A stretch of DNA of 64,000 nucleotides from Octopus sinensis (Eukaryota), in assembly GCF_006345805.1 (NCBI RefSeq), contig NC_043005.1, positions 18,228,001 to 18,292,000 on the forward strand, read 5' to 3'. Under the pieces are notes generated by a model, which did not search any database, was not told where the DNA came from, and saw nothing but the letters and a program-made list of their open reading frames with translations. Positions 12,614-25,655 of this stretch are shown here, piece by piece. Numbering within the stretch: position 1 is the stretch's first letter; each line of letters begins with the position of its first letter. A program made the translations under genes and the position numbers.

Positions 12614-13557
12614 ATAATTTGTGATAAGAAAATCATTAGTAGATATGTTGAGCTGTTGTTAGGTGTTTCTGCCAAATGACATGCATAATATTATTTATGA
12701 TGCTATTATCACAGATAAGCATGGATATGAGTAATGCCGCCATTATCGTTCTTCTATATTAGTAGTAGCATAATTTGTTGTATCGCAAACTCTTTGTCTA
12801 TACTTGCCTATTTCTCTGTATCAGTCTCCCTTTCTCCATCACTGTGTATACATGTGTCTATGTGTATGCGTATGTGTGTGTGTGTGTGTGTGTACAGACA
12901 CAAAAACATGCGTATATCTAATGATAGATATTTCATTGGACATTGTATATTTAGAAACGAATCATGTACATATAATTTATATGATGTAGAATCTTTTTTT
13001 CGATGATCAAAGTTTATAACAGAAATTTGAAAATCGTTGAAACAATCATTAGTAAGAATATAAATGGAAGATAATTGGTAGACTACTCAGATTCTGAAAT
13101 AGCTTACAGACATAGAAAGAAAAACTACTCTATGTAGGATCATGGTACAACAACAACACTTACAAGGATGTAATATTTCTCAACTGTGTAACGAGCATTG
13201 AACTACTTCAAATGATTAGAAGAAACAATAGAATCAAAACGAAGAGTTAAATTAAAATGGGAAGAGAGGACAGATCCATCAGTTTCTCTGTTGAAGTAAC
13301 TCATTAATTCAACAGAAAGTACCACTTCTAATAACCTCAAGTAAACTGTTAGCAAGATAATCCCCAACACATATACATACATATGAAGATCGTTTTTGTC
13401 GCCTAAAAATGTTTGTAAATGCAAAGCTCGGAGTAGTGACGTAGTTATTATCAGCCTCGAATTAATGTGTAAGGGGGAAGTAGTATATGAGATTAATAAG
13501 GCATTTATTGAGGAAACAGTTCTTAGTATATGTGCGAGAAGCGAGTAGTATCGGTGT

Positions 13558-13921
13558 TAGGGCAGCGGACTCGCGGTCATAGGATCGCTGTTTCGATTCC
13601 CAGACCGGGCGTTGTGAGTGTTTATTGAGCGAAAACACCTAAAAGCTCCACGAGGCTCCGGCAGGGGATGGTGGTGATCCCTGTTGTACTCTTTCACCAC
13701 AACTTTCCCTCACTCTTACTTCCTGTTTCTGTTGCACCTGTATTTCAAGGGGCCGGCCTTGTCACTCTCTGTGTCACGCTGAATATCCCCGAGACCTACG
13801 TTAAGGGCGCACACGTCTGTGGAGTGCTCAGCCACTTACATGTTAATTTCACGAGCAGGCTGTTCCGTTGATTTGGATCAACCGGAACCCTCATCGTCGT
13901 AACCGACGGAGTGCTTCCACC
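13558..13921 (+). mobile_element. tRNA-derived SINE family A, slightly 5'-truncated, with perfect 11-bp TSD
   Basis: AGTATCGGTGT at 13547-13557 and 13922-13932; B-box-like gtttcgattccc. Confidence 0.9.
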
Positions 13922-14002
13922 AGTATCGGTGTGAACAAAATTAAAAGACATCAGCGTCCGAGTTATACTAAAATATTATGGAAAGACCAACAAAGATCCT
14001 TG

Positions 14003-14264
14003 TAACATTAAAGATGAACTGAAGGCAAGGATTATGGCAGCATCCACCAACTTAAGCAAGGAAACCTTTCAAAAATGTTGCAGAAGCTTCCGAAGTCGTC
14101 TGGAGGCCGTGGTTGAAGCCAATGGCGATTTTATTGAGTAAATTTATTCTTTAGTATTTCAAGATATTTCTATGTAATTATGGTAAATATATCTGTTTAA
14201 ATGATATGTCAGTGTTATTTTAATTTTCGTACAATTTAGTCGACAATTTATTCACTGCACCCTG
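14003..14264 (+). mobile_element. 3' end of Tc1/mariner (maT-like) element with terminal gcaccctg|TA
   Basis: KDELKARIMAASTNLSKETFQKCCRSFRSRLEAVVEANGDFIE*, similar to the C-terminus of 56491-57733; same gcaccctg terminus. Confidence 0.75.
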
Positions 14265-15800
14265 TATATATTACCTCAAAGATTATCGATAAAATAATAT
14301 AAACAATATAACTCCCCCAGAGATAATGCAATGGGTCCAGATATATGATACGAATAAGAGAAATGTGATGTGCATGCGTGCAAGTGTATGTAAGTTTAGT
14401 TCCTAAAAACATAGAATATATATAATTAACGTGTAGTAAAATAAATAGACAGGCGTACTAACGAATGTCCAAACGATTTCAAAAGACTAGTTACTACACA
14501 AAACAATGGAAAATTAATTATAGTCGTATCTGCATTCACACCAACAGCACTACAATTTGCTTACTAGACATATCTCCGTGAATTAAATCCCGTTCAGTTC
14601 GAAGGCACACCCAATAGACAGAGGGATAATACCAACACATAATAAATCTACTTTAGTTAACAGAGAAATGAAATTAAGATAAACTACATTAAACTGTTCT
14701 CAGGTGATGCTAATTTATTTTTATTTTAGATGAAAATCAGTCGCCAATGTTTAGTGGTTTCAATAAAAACAAACGAGCCTCAAGGAGAAACACTGGCGAA
14801 AGATTCGATATTTTTTAGTGAATCTGGATTATTTTATTGACAATTGTATATAGCTCTTTCTTCAGGGTGTTTACTTCCCGAGGCAAAGATAAAAATAGCC
14901 AAATCTCAAGATAGAATAGGCGAGAAGTGTATAAGAAAACCAGTTTTTAACATAACATTCTCCTGAGAGAATGTCTATAGGTAGTAGTATCCGATACTTT
15001 TTGGCACAATGGTAGCCGTTCTGTATAAGAAGTCAAAAATGCGGGGATGCTTAAGAAGGTAGCTGATGAGAGATAATTTTTCGTTTATATTATTCGTTTT
15101 TCTATCCAATGTATGTTTTTATTGTTTGCTGGTAGTTCCTTCTCCGCCTCTCTCTTTCCCTGTACATATATACGTTCACATACACACACATATACAAATA
15201 CATATGATATATATAATTATACATTCACACACACACACACACACAACACACACACATATATATATATAGTCACTTTAGTGATGTATATATTTTAGTTGTA
15301 AATTGCGATATAAGCTACCCTTATTATTTATATATATATTATTTTCACACTGATGGCTGCTATGATTCTGCGCAAAACGAATCACTTGCAGCGAAGACTT
15401 CAACGTGACAGGTAGGGGTTCTCCATCATAGTATCGCGTGCAGAGGAAGGTGAGTCTATTATACCAGTCCAGAAACCTGTCCACGTGAGTCCAGATACTT
15501 GAATGTATGCTGAGAGATTGTCTTAGCCCGTTTGCCTTTGGACGGTTGATTCCTGTAGTTATCATCAGTGTATTTTGGTGATTTAAATAAGAATTTTGAT
15601 TGATATTTCCAGCAAGTAGACATTCTTATTATGTCCTTTAACTAATTTTAATCTTTCGGCTATTAATTCATTTTTGGGCCAGCAATCGCCTATATTATTG
15701 ATTCAGTTATTATCATTTTTAAATGTTTATATTAGATAATGATAGAGTCAATGATGTATTTGCAAATATTTTCTCGTGAATTATTTCCTCAGTATTGATA

Positions 15801-15883
<83 letters not shown>

Positions 15884-15929
15884 GGCTGTATTGATATATA
15901 TATATATTATATATCGATATATATATATA

Positions 15930-16832
15930 TCGCGTCTTGTCCTTACCTTCGGAACGCAGAGTAGACGAAACAGGGACAACTGAAGAAGGGGAATATTCCT
16001 TGTGTTGTATGTCTTGTGCTCTGTTTTTTCGTTTCTCATTGTGTTCAAAGTATTTTTGATGTCATGTACCCATATATGCATGTATATATACATATAGATG
16101 TAGGTATGTACATATATGTATGTATACATGCATATATTTATATATTATTTTATTATTATATGATCGAACGCCACGCATCCTTTTCCAAGTAAGTTTTTAT
16201 CTTAATAATTATGATGCGCAGTCTGCTATCTATCTCTCTCCCTCTCTTGTTCTTCATCCTTTCTGTTTTTCTCTCCCACCCTTCCCTATTCTTCTCCTCT
16301 CCCTTTCACTGTTCCCTCTCTCTTACTCCCCCTCCTCCTCCTCCTCGACTCTCTTCACTGACACGTGACCAGAGGGAAGCCATCTTTCCGACTGCTATCT
16401 TCACCAAGATAAGACTGCTTATACCGTCTCTCTCATAACAAGATGTCTCCTCAAGAGTTACTTTGTTCTGTTTTTTTTTACTGTTTTTACTTTTATTGTT
16501 TTTACCGTCTATTTTTGTTTTTACTGTCTTTTTTGTTTTTACTGTCTTTTTGTTCTAACTGTCCTGTTCTGGTTACCACTTTTACCCCTCCGCAAAAAAT
16601 CCCAAATTTGATTTAATTTGCTTTGCGGGAAGGACTGTTTCAATGAAGTCGCGTCTTGTCCTTACTTTCTGAACGCGCAGTAGACGAAAGAGGGACAACA
16701 GAAGAAGGAGAATATTCTTTATGTTGTATGTCTTGTACTCTATTTTTTCGTTGTTTGAAAAAAAGTTCGTTTCCATGTCTGTCCTGTACCCATATATGCA
16801 TGTATGTATACATATAGATGTAGGTATGTACA

Positions 16833-16892
<60 letters not shown>

Positions 16893-16920
16893 TATATTTA
16901 TATATTATTTTATTATATAT
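15930..16920 (+). repeat. Two direct repeats of about 230 bp (15930-16160, 16648-16920) flanking a pyrimidine-rich spacer; pseudo-LTR-like unit
   Basis: tcgcgtcttgtccttac...gtacccatatatgcatgtat...gcatatatttatatattattttatta present twice; motif tgacgtcctgta..atatatgcatgtatatat also at about 22955. Confidence 0.7.
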
Positions 16921-17683
16921 ATATTGATAAAACTGTTAAGACAACAAAAGAATGAAAGAGACCTCGATATTGTGTAAATAAGAGTAAAAGAATATATATA
17001 TATATACATATACATACATATATAAAGATCGTTTATTGTCGCCTAAAAGAATGCTTGTAAATGTAAAACTCGGACTAGTGGCGTAGTTATTATCAGCCAC
17101 GAATTAAGTGAACTACATGCCTTGGTTTCGTATGCTTCTGTAAAACACCAACGTAATAAATATAGTAGGATGTTACAACAGCCTGTAGCATCCCTACGCC
17201 TTCGCTTTTGCCACTTGATGCTAAAACTGTTTCATAATTTTCACTGGAAATTTACAGAAATTTTAGCGGTTTTTATAAGAGCAAGTAGAACTGCTCTCAA
17301 ATCTCACGTACGGTGTTTGTTCATTTCCCAATAATTAGCATGCTTTCAACAATATTGCAGCCGTTACACCATCTAACAGCTACTGCAGCAACTAGTGACC
17401 ACTTAGATACTTATCAGCTACTAAACCACTGGTCATGATCCAAACTGACTAATAAACAGGATGTCATCTTTATCTTTTGACAATTGACTCCATTTCAAGC
17501 CTCATGGAGGATTCACAACTTAGCACCAAAGAATATGGAAGGTCACTGGTCAATGCATCTTTTGCATATACGAAACCTTCACAAACGCAGGTCTACGTTG
17601 CAGACTAATACAAAACAATATAAATCATCATTGAGCGCGTACCTCTCTTTCATTCTTTCTCTCAACGCGCGCGCGCACACAAC

Positions 17684-17720
<37 letters not shown>

Positions 17721-17722
<2 letters not shown>

Positions 17723-17888
17723 CACTTTGATCACTTTGACCGACCAGTCCGTCAGGCGTCCATTTGACACCGCTGGTCACAGCACGCTGTCCACTCCTCT
17801 CTGGATCGCGCCTTTCTCATCCACGTGATCCCAATCGTCCTCTTGAAATCGTCACTCCACCGTCGTGGAGGTCTTCCGGGTGGTCTTT
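17721..17888 (-). mobile_element. Short 3' end of an RTE-like LINE with (AAAGTGATC) tail
   Basis: Minus-strand RPPGRPPRRWSDDFKRTIGITWMRKARSREEWTACCDQRCQMDA*, followed by caaagtgatcaaagtgat. Confidence 0.7.
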
Positions 17889-17893
17889 ATATA

Positions 17894-17961
17894 TAAATGG
17901 GGTTAAACGCAGGTGTTAGTCAAATTCTTTTACGAATAACACCTACGTTTAACTCCATTTA
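17894..17961. repeat. 25-bp inverted repeat with 18-nt spacer
   Basis: taaatggggttaaacgcaggtgtta versus reverse complement taaatggagttaaacgtaggtgtta (2 differences). Confidence 0.85.
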
Positions 17962-18118
17962 CTTATATATATATATATTATACAAAATAGTTCACGTAAA
18001 CCCGAAGATTTTAAAACTCTAAAAACAAGGAGTTACAACCTTTTAACTTTTTTGCTACACTGGTAACTGTTTATCTATTTTTTCCGTGTTAATTCTAAAC
18101 AAGGGAAAAATACACACA

Positions 18119-18166
<48 letters not shown>

Positions 18167-18188
18167 AATATATGAATATATATATATT

Positions 18189-18340
18189 GTTGTGTGGTAA
18201 GCAGCTTGCTTACCAACCACATGGCACCGGATTTTCAGTCCCACGGTGTGGCACCTAGGGCAAGTGTCTCCTACAGTAGCCTCGGGTTGATCGCAGCCTT
18301 AGGAGTGGATTTGGTCGAGGGAAACTGAAAGAAGTCCGTC

Positions 18341-18407
<67 letters not shown>

Positions 18408-18611
18408 CACGCGTGCGTGTTTGTGTGTCTGTGTTTGTCCCCCGCCATCGCTTGACAACCGATGCTGGCTGGTATACGTCCCCGGTGCGGCAAATGCGAC
18501 CGACAAAATAAGTATTAGGTTTACAAAGAATAAGTTCTGGGGGCGATTTGTACGACTAAAGGCAGAGTTCCAGCATGGCAGCATTCAAATGACTGAAAAG
18601 AACAAAAGAAT
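18189..18611 (+). mobile_element. SINE family C, diverged near full-length copy with internal (TA)(TG) tract
   Basis: Head tgtgtggtaagcagcttgcttaccaaccacatgg; tail cagcatggcagcattcaaatgactgaaaag. Confidence 0.8.
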
Positions 18612-18650
18612 ATATACATATACGTATATATATATATACATATACGTATA

Positions 18651-18712
<62 letters not shown>

Positions 18713-18772
18713 AAGCTGGTGTGTGAGAGCACGCGGTTGGATATATAGAAAATAGTTTTTCACTCTTTTCTA

Positions 18773-18849
<77 letters not shown>

Positions 18850-19177
18850 GAAAAATATCCACATATACCTACCTACATTCACAAATATATAAGTAATATT
18901 ACCTTTGTATGCTAATAAATGCTTTTTAAATACCCTCCTGCGATTCAAATCCTGATCTCTTTAAAACGAACACAAAATTTGACGAGACAAAGCTGGCTAT
19001 GGTTCATTGTGTATGTGGAGAAAACAAAAAGCAAAATGAATAAATAGATTAAACCTGGTTATGCCTGACCTGTGGCTAAGTAACTGCAGCTTTGGCTTGT
19101 ATAAGATTGTATTGCACAATTACGATTCAAAACCGTCAGATACATTGAAAATGTCGTTAGCTATTCTGTAAAGTAAT

Positions 19178-19566
19178 GGATGGAAGCACTCCGTCGGTTA
19201 CGACGATGAGGGTTCCGGTTGATCCGATCAACGGAACAGCCTGCTCGTGAAATTAACGTGTAAGTGGCTGAGCACTCCACAGACACGTGCACCCTTAACG
19301 TAGTTCTCGGGGATATTCAGCGTGACACAGAGAGTGACAAGTCCGGCCCCTTGAAATACAGGTACAACAGAAAACAGGAAGTAAGAGTGAGAGAAAGTTG
19401 TGGTGAAAGAGTACAGCAGGGATCACCACCATCCCCTGTCGGAGCATCGTGGAGCTTTTAGGTGTTTTCGCTCAATAAACACTCACAACGCCCGGTCTGG
19501 GAATCGAAACCGCGATCCTATGACCGCGTGTCCGCTGCCCTAACCACTGGGCCATTGCGCCTCCAC
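19178..19566 (-). mobile_element. Full-length SINE family A with 13-bp TSD (2 mismatches)
   Basis: TCTGTAAAGTAAT at 19165-19177 and TCTGCAAAGTGAT at 19567-19579; single-copy empty site at 899-911. Confidence 0.92.
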
Positions 19567-19616
19567 TCTGCAAAGTGATAAAGACCGAAGCACTTAGGTG
19601 GGAGAGTGTGAGGATA

Positions 19617-20218
19617 TACTCTTTTACTCCTTTACTTGTTTCAGCCATTTGACTGTGGCTATGTTGGAGCACCGCCTTTAGTCGAGCAAAGCGCCCCCAG
19701 TACTTATTGTTTGTAAGCCTGGTACTTATTCACTAAGTTACGGGGAAGTAAACACACCAGCATCTGTTTTCAAGCAATGTTGGGGCGGGACAAACATAGA
19801 CACAAACACACAAACATAAGCGCACACATAACACACACGTGTGTGTGTGTGTGTGAGTGTGAACAGGTCGCGGTCTCAAAGCGACGAAAATATTTTGAAA
19901 AAATTAAATTTAAATGAAGTGAATCTAACGGAATTTTGTGAGTTTCTTAAATGGCTTATAAAGACCTTCCACGTGCAATTGTTTTCGTTCCACCACACGA
20001 TCTCAGATCAGGTCACTTGCTATACAAGTACATCTCCGTATATATATATACATATATATACGACGGGCTTCTTTCAGTTTCTGTCTAACAAATCCACTCA
20101 CAAGGCTCTAGTCGTCCCGAGGCTATAGTAGAAGATACTTGTAATATGTGCCACGCACTGGGACTGAACCCGGAACCATGTGGTTCGTAAGCAAGCTACT
20201 TACCACACAGCCACTCCT
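19617..20218 (-). mobile_element. SINE family C, interrupted by about 190 bp in its microsatellite
   Basis: Tail 19617-19810 and head 20040-20218 match 58632-59054. Confidence 0.8.
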
Positions 20219-20389
20219 AGCACACATATCATTGTAGACAATACACTTTTAATTAAACATAGAATTTGGTTGGTTTCTTCATTAAAATTTCTTAAAAAAC
20301 CTTTCAATGCTTTTATTCACATTTTCAATTTCGTCTTTATTGTTTGCGTATTTGGTTTATTGCATTTGGCCTTTAAATTTCAGCTTTCA

Positions 20390-21116
20390 AATAATGGCGA
20401 AAGACTGTCGTGCTGGTGGTGGTTGTGGTGAGAGTGATGGTGGTGGTAGTGGTAATGGAAGTGGTGGACGTGGTGGTGTTGGATGTGGTAGTGGTAGTGA
20501 TAATGGAAATGGTAGATGTGGTGGTGGTAGCGATGAGTTGGTCATCATCGCTGGAATAGAAACAGTGGCGTTCGTGTAATAGTGTTGGTTCTCAGGTTGT
20601 GACCGTGTTGTCGTATTTGGTGGAGGTTACGACTGTGGTTGTAGTTTTGAGACTTGAGACAGCGGTCGTCGTGGTTGTAGTAGTAGTAGTAGTAGTAGTA
20701 GCAGTAGTATCAGTAGTAGTAGTAGTAGCTAAGAGTTGGTGATAGTAAAGTTGGTCGGTGTGGTTGTGATGGTGGTGGTGGTGGTGGTGGTGTGGTGGTG
20801 GTGTGGTGACGGTACACATCGTTGAGGTGGAGGTGGCGATGTCGGTAGCGGTGGTGGCGTTGATGGTGGTCCACTTAGATTTTCGTTGTAATAGCAGCGA
20901 ATAAAGGAGGATTGGATGATATGGCAGCAACGGCAAAATGGCGTTCTTAATGGTTAAGTTGGCGGAGATGGCGGTGGTGGTGGTGGTGGTGCTGGTTGCG
21001 TTCGTGGTGGAAATAATATTGATTAACGAAGTGATAGCCTTTATGGTAAGAATAGTAGTAGTAGTGGTAGCAGCAGCAGCAGTAGCCACAGCAGTAGTAG
21101 CAGCATCAGTAGCAGC

Positions 21117-21162
<46 letters not shown>

Positions 21163-21242
21163 GTAGTAGTAGTAGTAGTAATAGTAGTAGTAATAGTAGT
21201 AGTAGTAGTAGTAGTTTTAGTAGTTGCAGCAGCAGCAGTAGC

Positions 21243-21291
<49 letters not shown>

Positions 21292-21395
21292 ATAATGGAA
21301 GATATGGTGATGGTGGTGGAAAAGGTTAATTGAAGTTAGTCATGGCAGCGTTGGTGGTGGTGGTGGTGGTGGTGGTGGTGGTGATAATTGTGATA
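20390..21395. repeat. About 1-kb compound trinucleotide tract (GGT/GTA/GCA/TTA)
   Basis: Direct reading; source of the poly-T/V/A/L ORFs in the track. Confidence 0.9.
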
Positions 21396-21980
21396 ATGTT
21401 ATGCATAGTCGATACGCTAACCGTGAATAGTAGAAATTTAAATTTAGTGAAATTTCTAACGATCTGATATAGGACCGAGATGAAGTAGGGCTGGTTGTGG
21501 GTTGTTAGAATGTAACCTAAAGTTTAATTGATTAGATAGATGTCTTTTCGCTCTTATACAACTTGCAAGCGCACGCCCAGACACGCACATTCACACACAC
21601 ACACACAAACAATCACACACACACTCACATACACACACGCCCGAAGATACACGCACACACACACACACATACATATATACTGATATACGTACATATGGGT
21701 ATATATAATATATATATATATATATATAGATATACATACATACATATATATATACATATATATACATACGTATACATATACACACACATATATATATTTA
21801 TACATATATATACATATAAATATATATATATATATAGATGTATAGATTTATATATGTATATATGTCTATATATGTGTGTGCGCGCGTATAAATAAATATA
21901 TCTATACATAGATACATATATATATGTACACACATATACATACATACATACATACATACATACATACATACATACACACA

Positions 21981-22016
<36 letters not shown>

Positions 22017-22097
22017 TATGTACACACATATACATACATACATACATATATGTATACATATAGTTAAGTACATATATTGATACTTGTATCTGCATTC

Positions 22098-22213
<116 letters not shown>

Positions 22214-22544
22214 CATATATATATAAATTTTTATTGTTTATTGATGTATCAATTTTTTTATTAATTATATATTTTTTGAGGTGTCTGTTGCAATGGAGAA
22301 CAAACGGTGAGAACAATTGATTTATTGATTTTCTTAAGTTTGAATATATGGACTAATGTAGCTTTTGATTAATCATATCATATGGAATCAATTTTCATTT
22401 AGTTTCATTTAGCTATTAACCGTACGTGTCTAGCCTGTGTGTATACATATGAACGTGTGACGCGCATTGACATATGTATGTGTGCGTGTTTGTGTATGTG
22501 TACATATACATACATATTTATATATAATTACATACATATATTCA

Positions 22545-22588
<44 letters not shown>

Positions 22589-22738
22589 CATATAAACATA
22601 ACCATACATATATATATATTAATATGCATATATGTATGAATATATATGCATATATATCTACATATAAACATAACCATACATATATAGATTATACATTAAT
22701 ATGCATATATGTATGAATAATATATGCATATATATATA

Positions 22739-22777
<39 letters not shown>

Positions 22778-23229
22778 TATATACAGGGTAATAATAATAT
22801 TAATATATATTTTTATTGTAGTTGAATGCTCGAAATGAGGAGCAGACAGCCATGAAGGGTCGTTCTTTCTGTTACTTGTCCTGTTTTCAATTTTCCTCTC
22901 TCGTTGTTTGCATATTTAACTCGCTTGTTTTCGTGCTTCATGTTGTTTACATTTGGTGACGTCCTGTATCTATATATGCATGTATATATTATTACTTATG
23001 TTATTATTTAACTGAATGCAGCGCATCTATTTCCAAATAAATTTGTTTTTACATACGCACACACACACACATACACATATATATATACATATATATACTC
23101 CTATCTGTATATATGTGCAAGAATTCCCCTCCCTCCCCTTGGATAAATCCTTTTGATTTTTTCATGAATATTTCAGTGAAAAAGAACATTTTAGAAGTGA
23201 ATAAGAATTGATTTTAAATCCTCATCTAA

Positions 23230-23700
23230 CAGACTGGGTATCAACAGACTTGTATCAACAGACTGGGTGAAACGTTTTCATCACAACTATGAAGTTTAGT
23301 GTTCAATCCTGTTGCATGGCTTGGACGAATGTCATTTTCTCAGACCGTGAATGAAGCTGGGTAAACAGAGTATAAATAGAAGCTCGTATGTAATTAGAAA
23401 GATCCCTTATCCCTTTTTGAAACTTTCGGCGACAGGGGCTTATTATAGTGGACATGATTTGTGCAGTATCAGCCCTTATTTCTTGTCTTTCACATATATA
23501 TGGGGCTGTTGCAATTAAACCACATTTATCATGATGGAGGATATCTATCGAGTTACCTTCTCTTAGATTTGCAGCTAATGTGCTAAAGGGTCTCATTTGC
23601 CCTGGGTCTGTTAAGATATCTACGAGTGACATTCTTTTGAAGGCTGTTCCGTGATATGCAAATTAAACCATAGATGGGGCTCTAACAAGTTAGCACCTTA
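23230..23700 (-). mobile_element. Possible decayed Penelope-like RT C-terminal remnant
   Basis: LLEPHLWFNLHITEQP.../SLVDIL.../HHDKCGLIATAPYICERQEI weakly resembles the PLE RT thumb region. Confidence 0.3.
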
Positions 23701-23830
23701 CATATATTTATACAAATATTTATGTACACTAGCTGGATCCCGTGAAAAATTCACGGGAAATATAGAAAATGTAAGCATCTGTAAACTGTCTGCTGGTGCC
23801 ATGAGAAATGTTTCTATATTGTGACAGTTA

Positions 23831-24045
23831 AAGGCGGCAGGCTGGCACAATCTTTCGCACGCCGGGCGAAATTCTTAGCGGTATTTCGTCTGTCTTTATG
23901 TTCTGAGTTCAAATTCTGCCGGCTTCGATTTTGCCTCTCATGCTTTCGACGTCGATTTATTAAGTATCAGTTGTGTACTGGGGTCGATCTAATCGACTGG
24001 CCTCCTCCCCATAAATTTTCCGAACCTGTACCTATAATAGAAAAG
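23831..24045 (+). mobile_element. SINE family B monomer
   Basis: aaggcggcaggctggcac...gagttcaaattctgccgg...tggggtcgatctaatcgactgg. Confidence 0.75.
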
Positions 24046-24216
24046 CATATTGCGACAATTACTGAATATAGAAAGAAGTGTAAAACCAATAACTATATAA
24101 TTCAACCAAAATATCTCAGTTACTCAAATGTAAACAGAATTACTATTTAGCCTTAAAATACATCGTACATAGTCAGAGAACCCTCTTGGTTTAATGGTAT
24201 GGAACGTTCTTATGGT

Positions 24217-24440
24217 ATTCTTTTATTCTTTTGCCTGTCTCAGTCATTTGACAGTGGCTATGCTGGAGTACCAACCTTTAGTTGAAGAAATCGAACCCTG
24301 GACATATTCCCTGAAAACCTGGTGCTTATTCTATCAGTTTCTTTTGCTGAACAGCTAAGTTACAGGGTCGCAAGCACACCAACATCAGTTGTCAAGCAAT
24401 GGTGGTGTGTGGATAAACACAGACACATTAATACACACAC
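24217..24440 (-). mobile_element. Diverged tail half of SINE family C
   Basis: cagtcatttgacagtggctatgctggag...catcagttgtcaagcaatgg. Confidence 0.65.
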
Positions 24441-24861
24441 ACACACACACACATATATATATCTATATATATGTATATGCGTATATATATGTATATGTGT
24501 GTATGTGTATTTTAGTTTTTGTTTACTTAAACACATCAACAAATGAGCCAATTGAAGAACTCTGTGTGGTTGTTCAAGGGTAAAAATACAATTAATATTT
24601 TTGATTTTGTTCGGCTCTATGAAGTTAAGTTTTTCTAATGTTTTCATACATTACTTCATACAAGAAAAAAGAAATTGGAAAAATCCTGACCAAAACAAAG
24701 AAATTGTATCTTAACAAAAATATAGAAAGAGAAAGAAGAGGTTATATTCGAAAGATACATAAGATTAGACTGAACATGTTATCCCGTGTATGGCTGAATT
24801 CAAATTGGCTAGAAGACCTGAAACAAATACGTGTGTGTGTTTGTGTGTTTGTGTGTGTGTG

Positions 24862-24916
<55 letters not shown>

Positions 24917-25561
24917 TATGTGTTTGTGTCTGCTAAGAAATTGTCAGGCTGACTACTTGGTTAGGTTATAAGAAAGTAATTGTTGAAATCTATGTGTGAA
25001 ATAATTTCTGTCAACGAACAGAAGAGCAAAATATCTTAAATTGCAGCTTTATACTTCAAGCTACCTTTGTAAAAGCTGTTTGTGACTACGAAAAATAGAG
25101 GACAATTCTGGAAAAGGATGGAAGATCCACTTTTTCCAAATTCCAAACGATTTCATTTGACTTGTGTACAAAGGACGAACGCCTCGCAAAACATTCACAA
25201 TGAACACACTGCAATCCTTGATAACGATCTTAGTATTACAGCAGCGGATGTATCTGGGGCTGGAAAAAATTTACTAACAACAGCTTGTAGCATAAATAAC
25301 AATTTGCTAGTGCAGCATTCCTTTCCGAAATGTACAAAAGTCACGCTTTATCACTACTCAGAACTACTGTAGTATGAAAGCCACCATTTTAAAAAGGGTC
25401 AGTGCAGTCGTTATTGCTCGTGGTTTAACCCCGGGAACCAGAACATTCAATTTAATCATCAACTTTCGCCAGCCGACTATTAAAATTCGGAAGCCCGCCA
25501 TGGGGGGCCGTTCTGGCAGACGAGACAGGTTTTCAAAAACTGCACAAACGCCTTTTCCCAG

Positions 25562-25655
25562 ACACACGCTCGAGAACTCACTGGATCTATGATCGATAAG
25601 TTTGTAATCCATATGCAACAATACGATTGTCTAAAAATACTTAACATGAAATGCT
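25562..25655 (+). other. Candidate 94-nt exon in a unique-sequence island
   Basis: ccttttcccAG acceptor, GTGAGT donor, one open frame THARELTGSMIDKFVIHMQQYDCLKILNMKC; protein not recognised. Confidence 0.2.

Noticed and set aside
15343-15570. cactgatg...catcagtg terminal repeat with UGAUGA (box C/D snoRNA or ribozyme?)
   Set aside because: No box D at the 3' end on either strand and no GAAA partner; only an 8-bp repeat.
15938-16010. gacgaaacagggacaactgaagaagggg as a permuted hammerhead
   Set aside because: No UH triplet or stems in register, and the second copy (about 16680) lacks the core.
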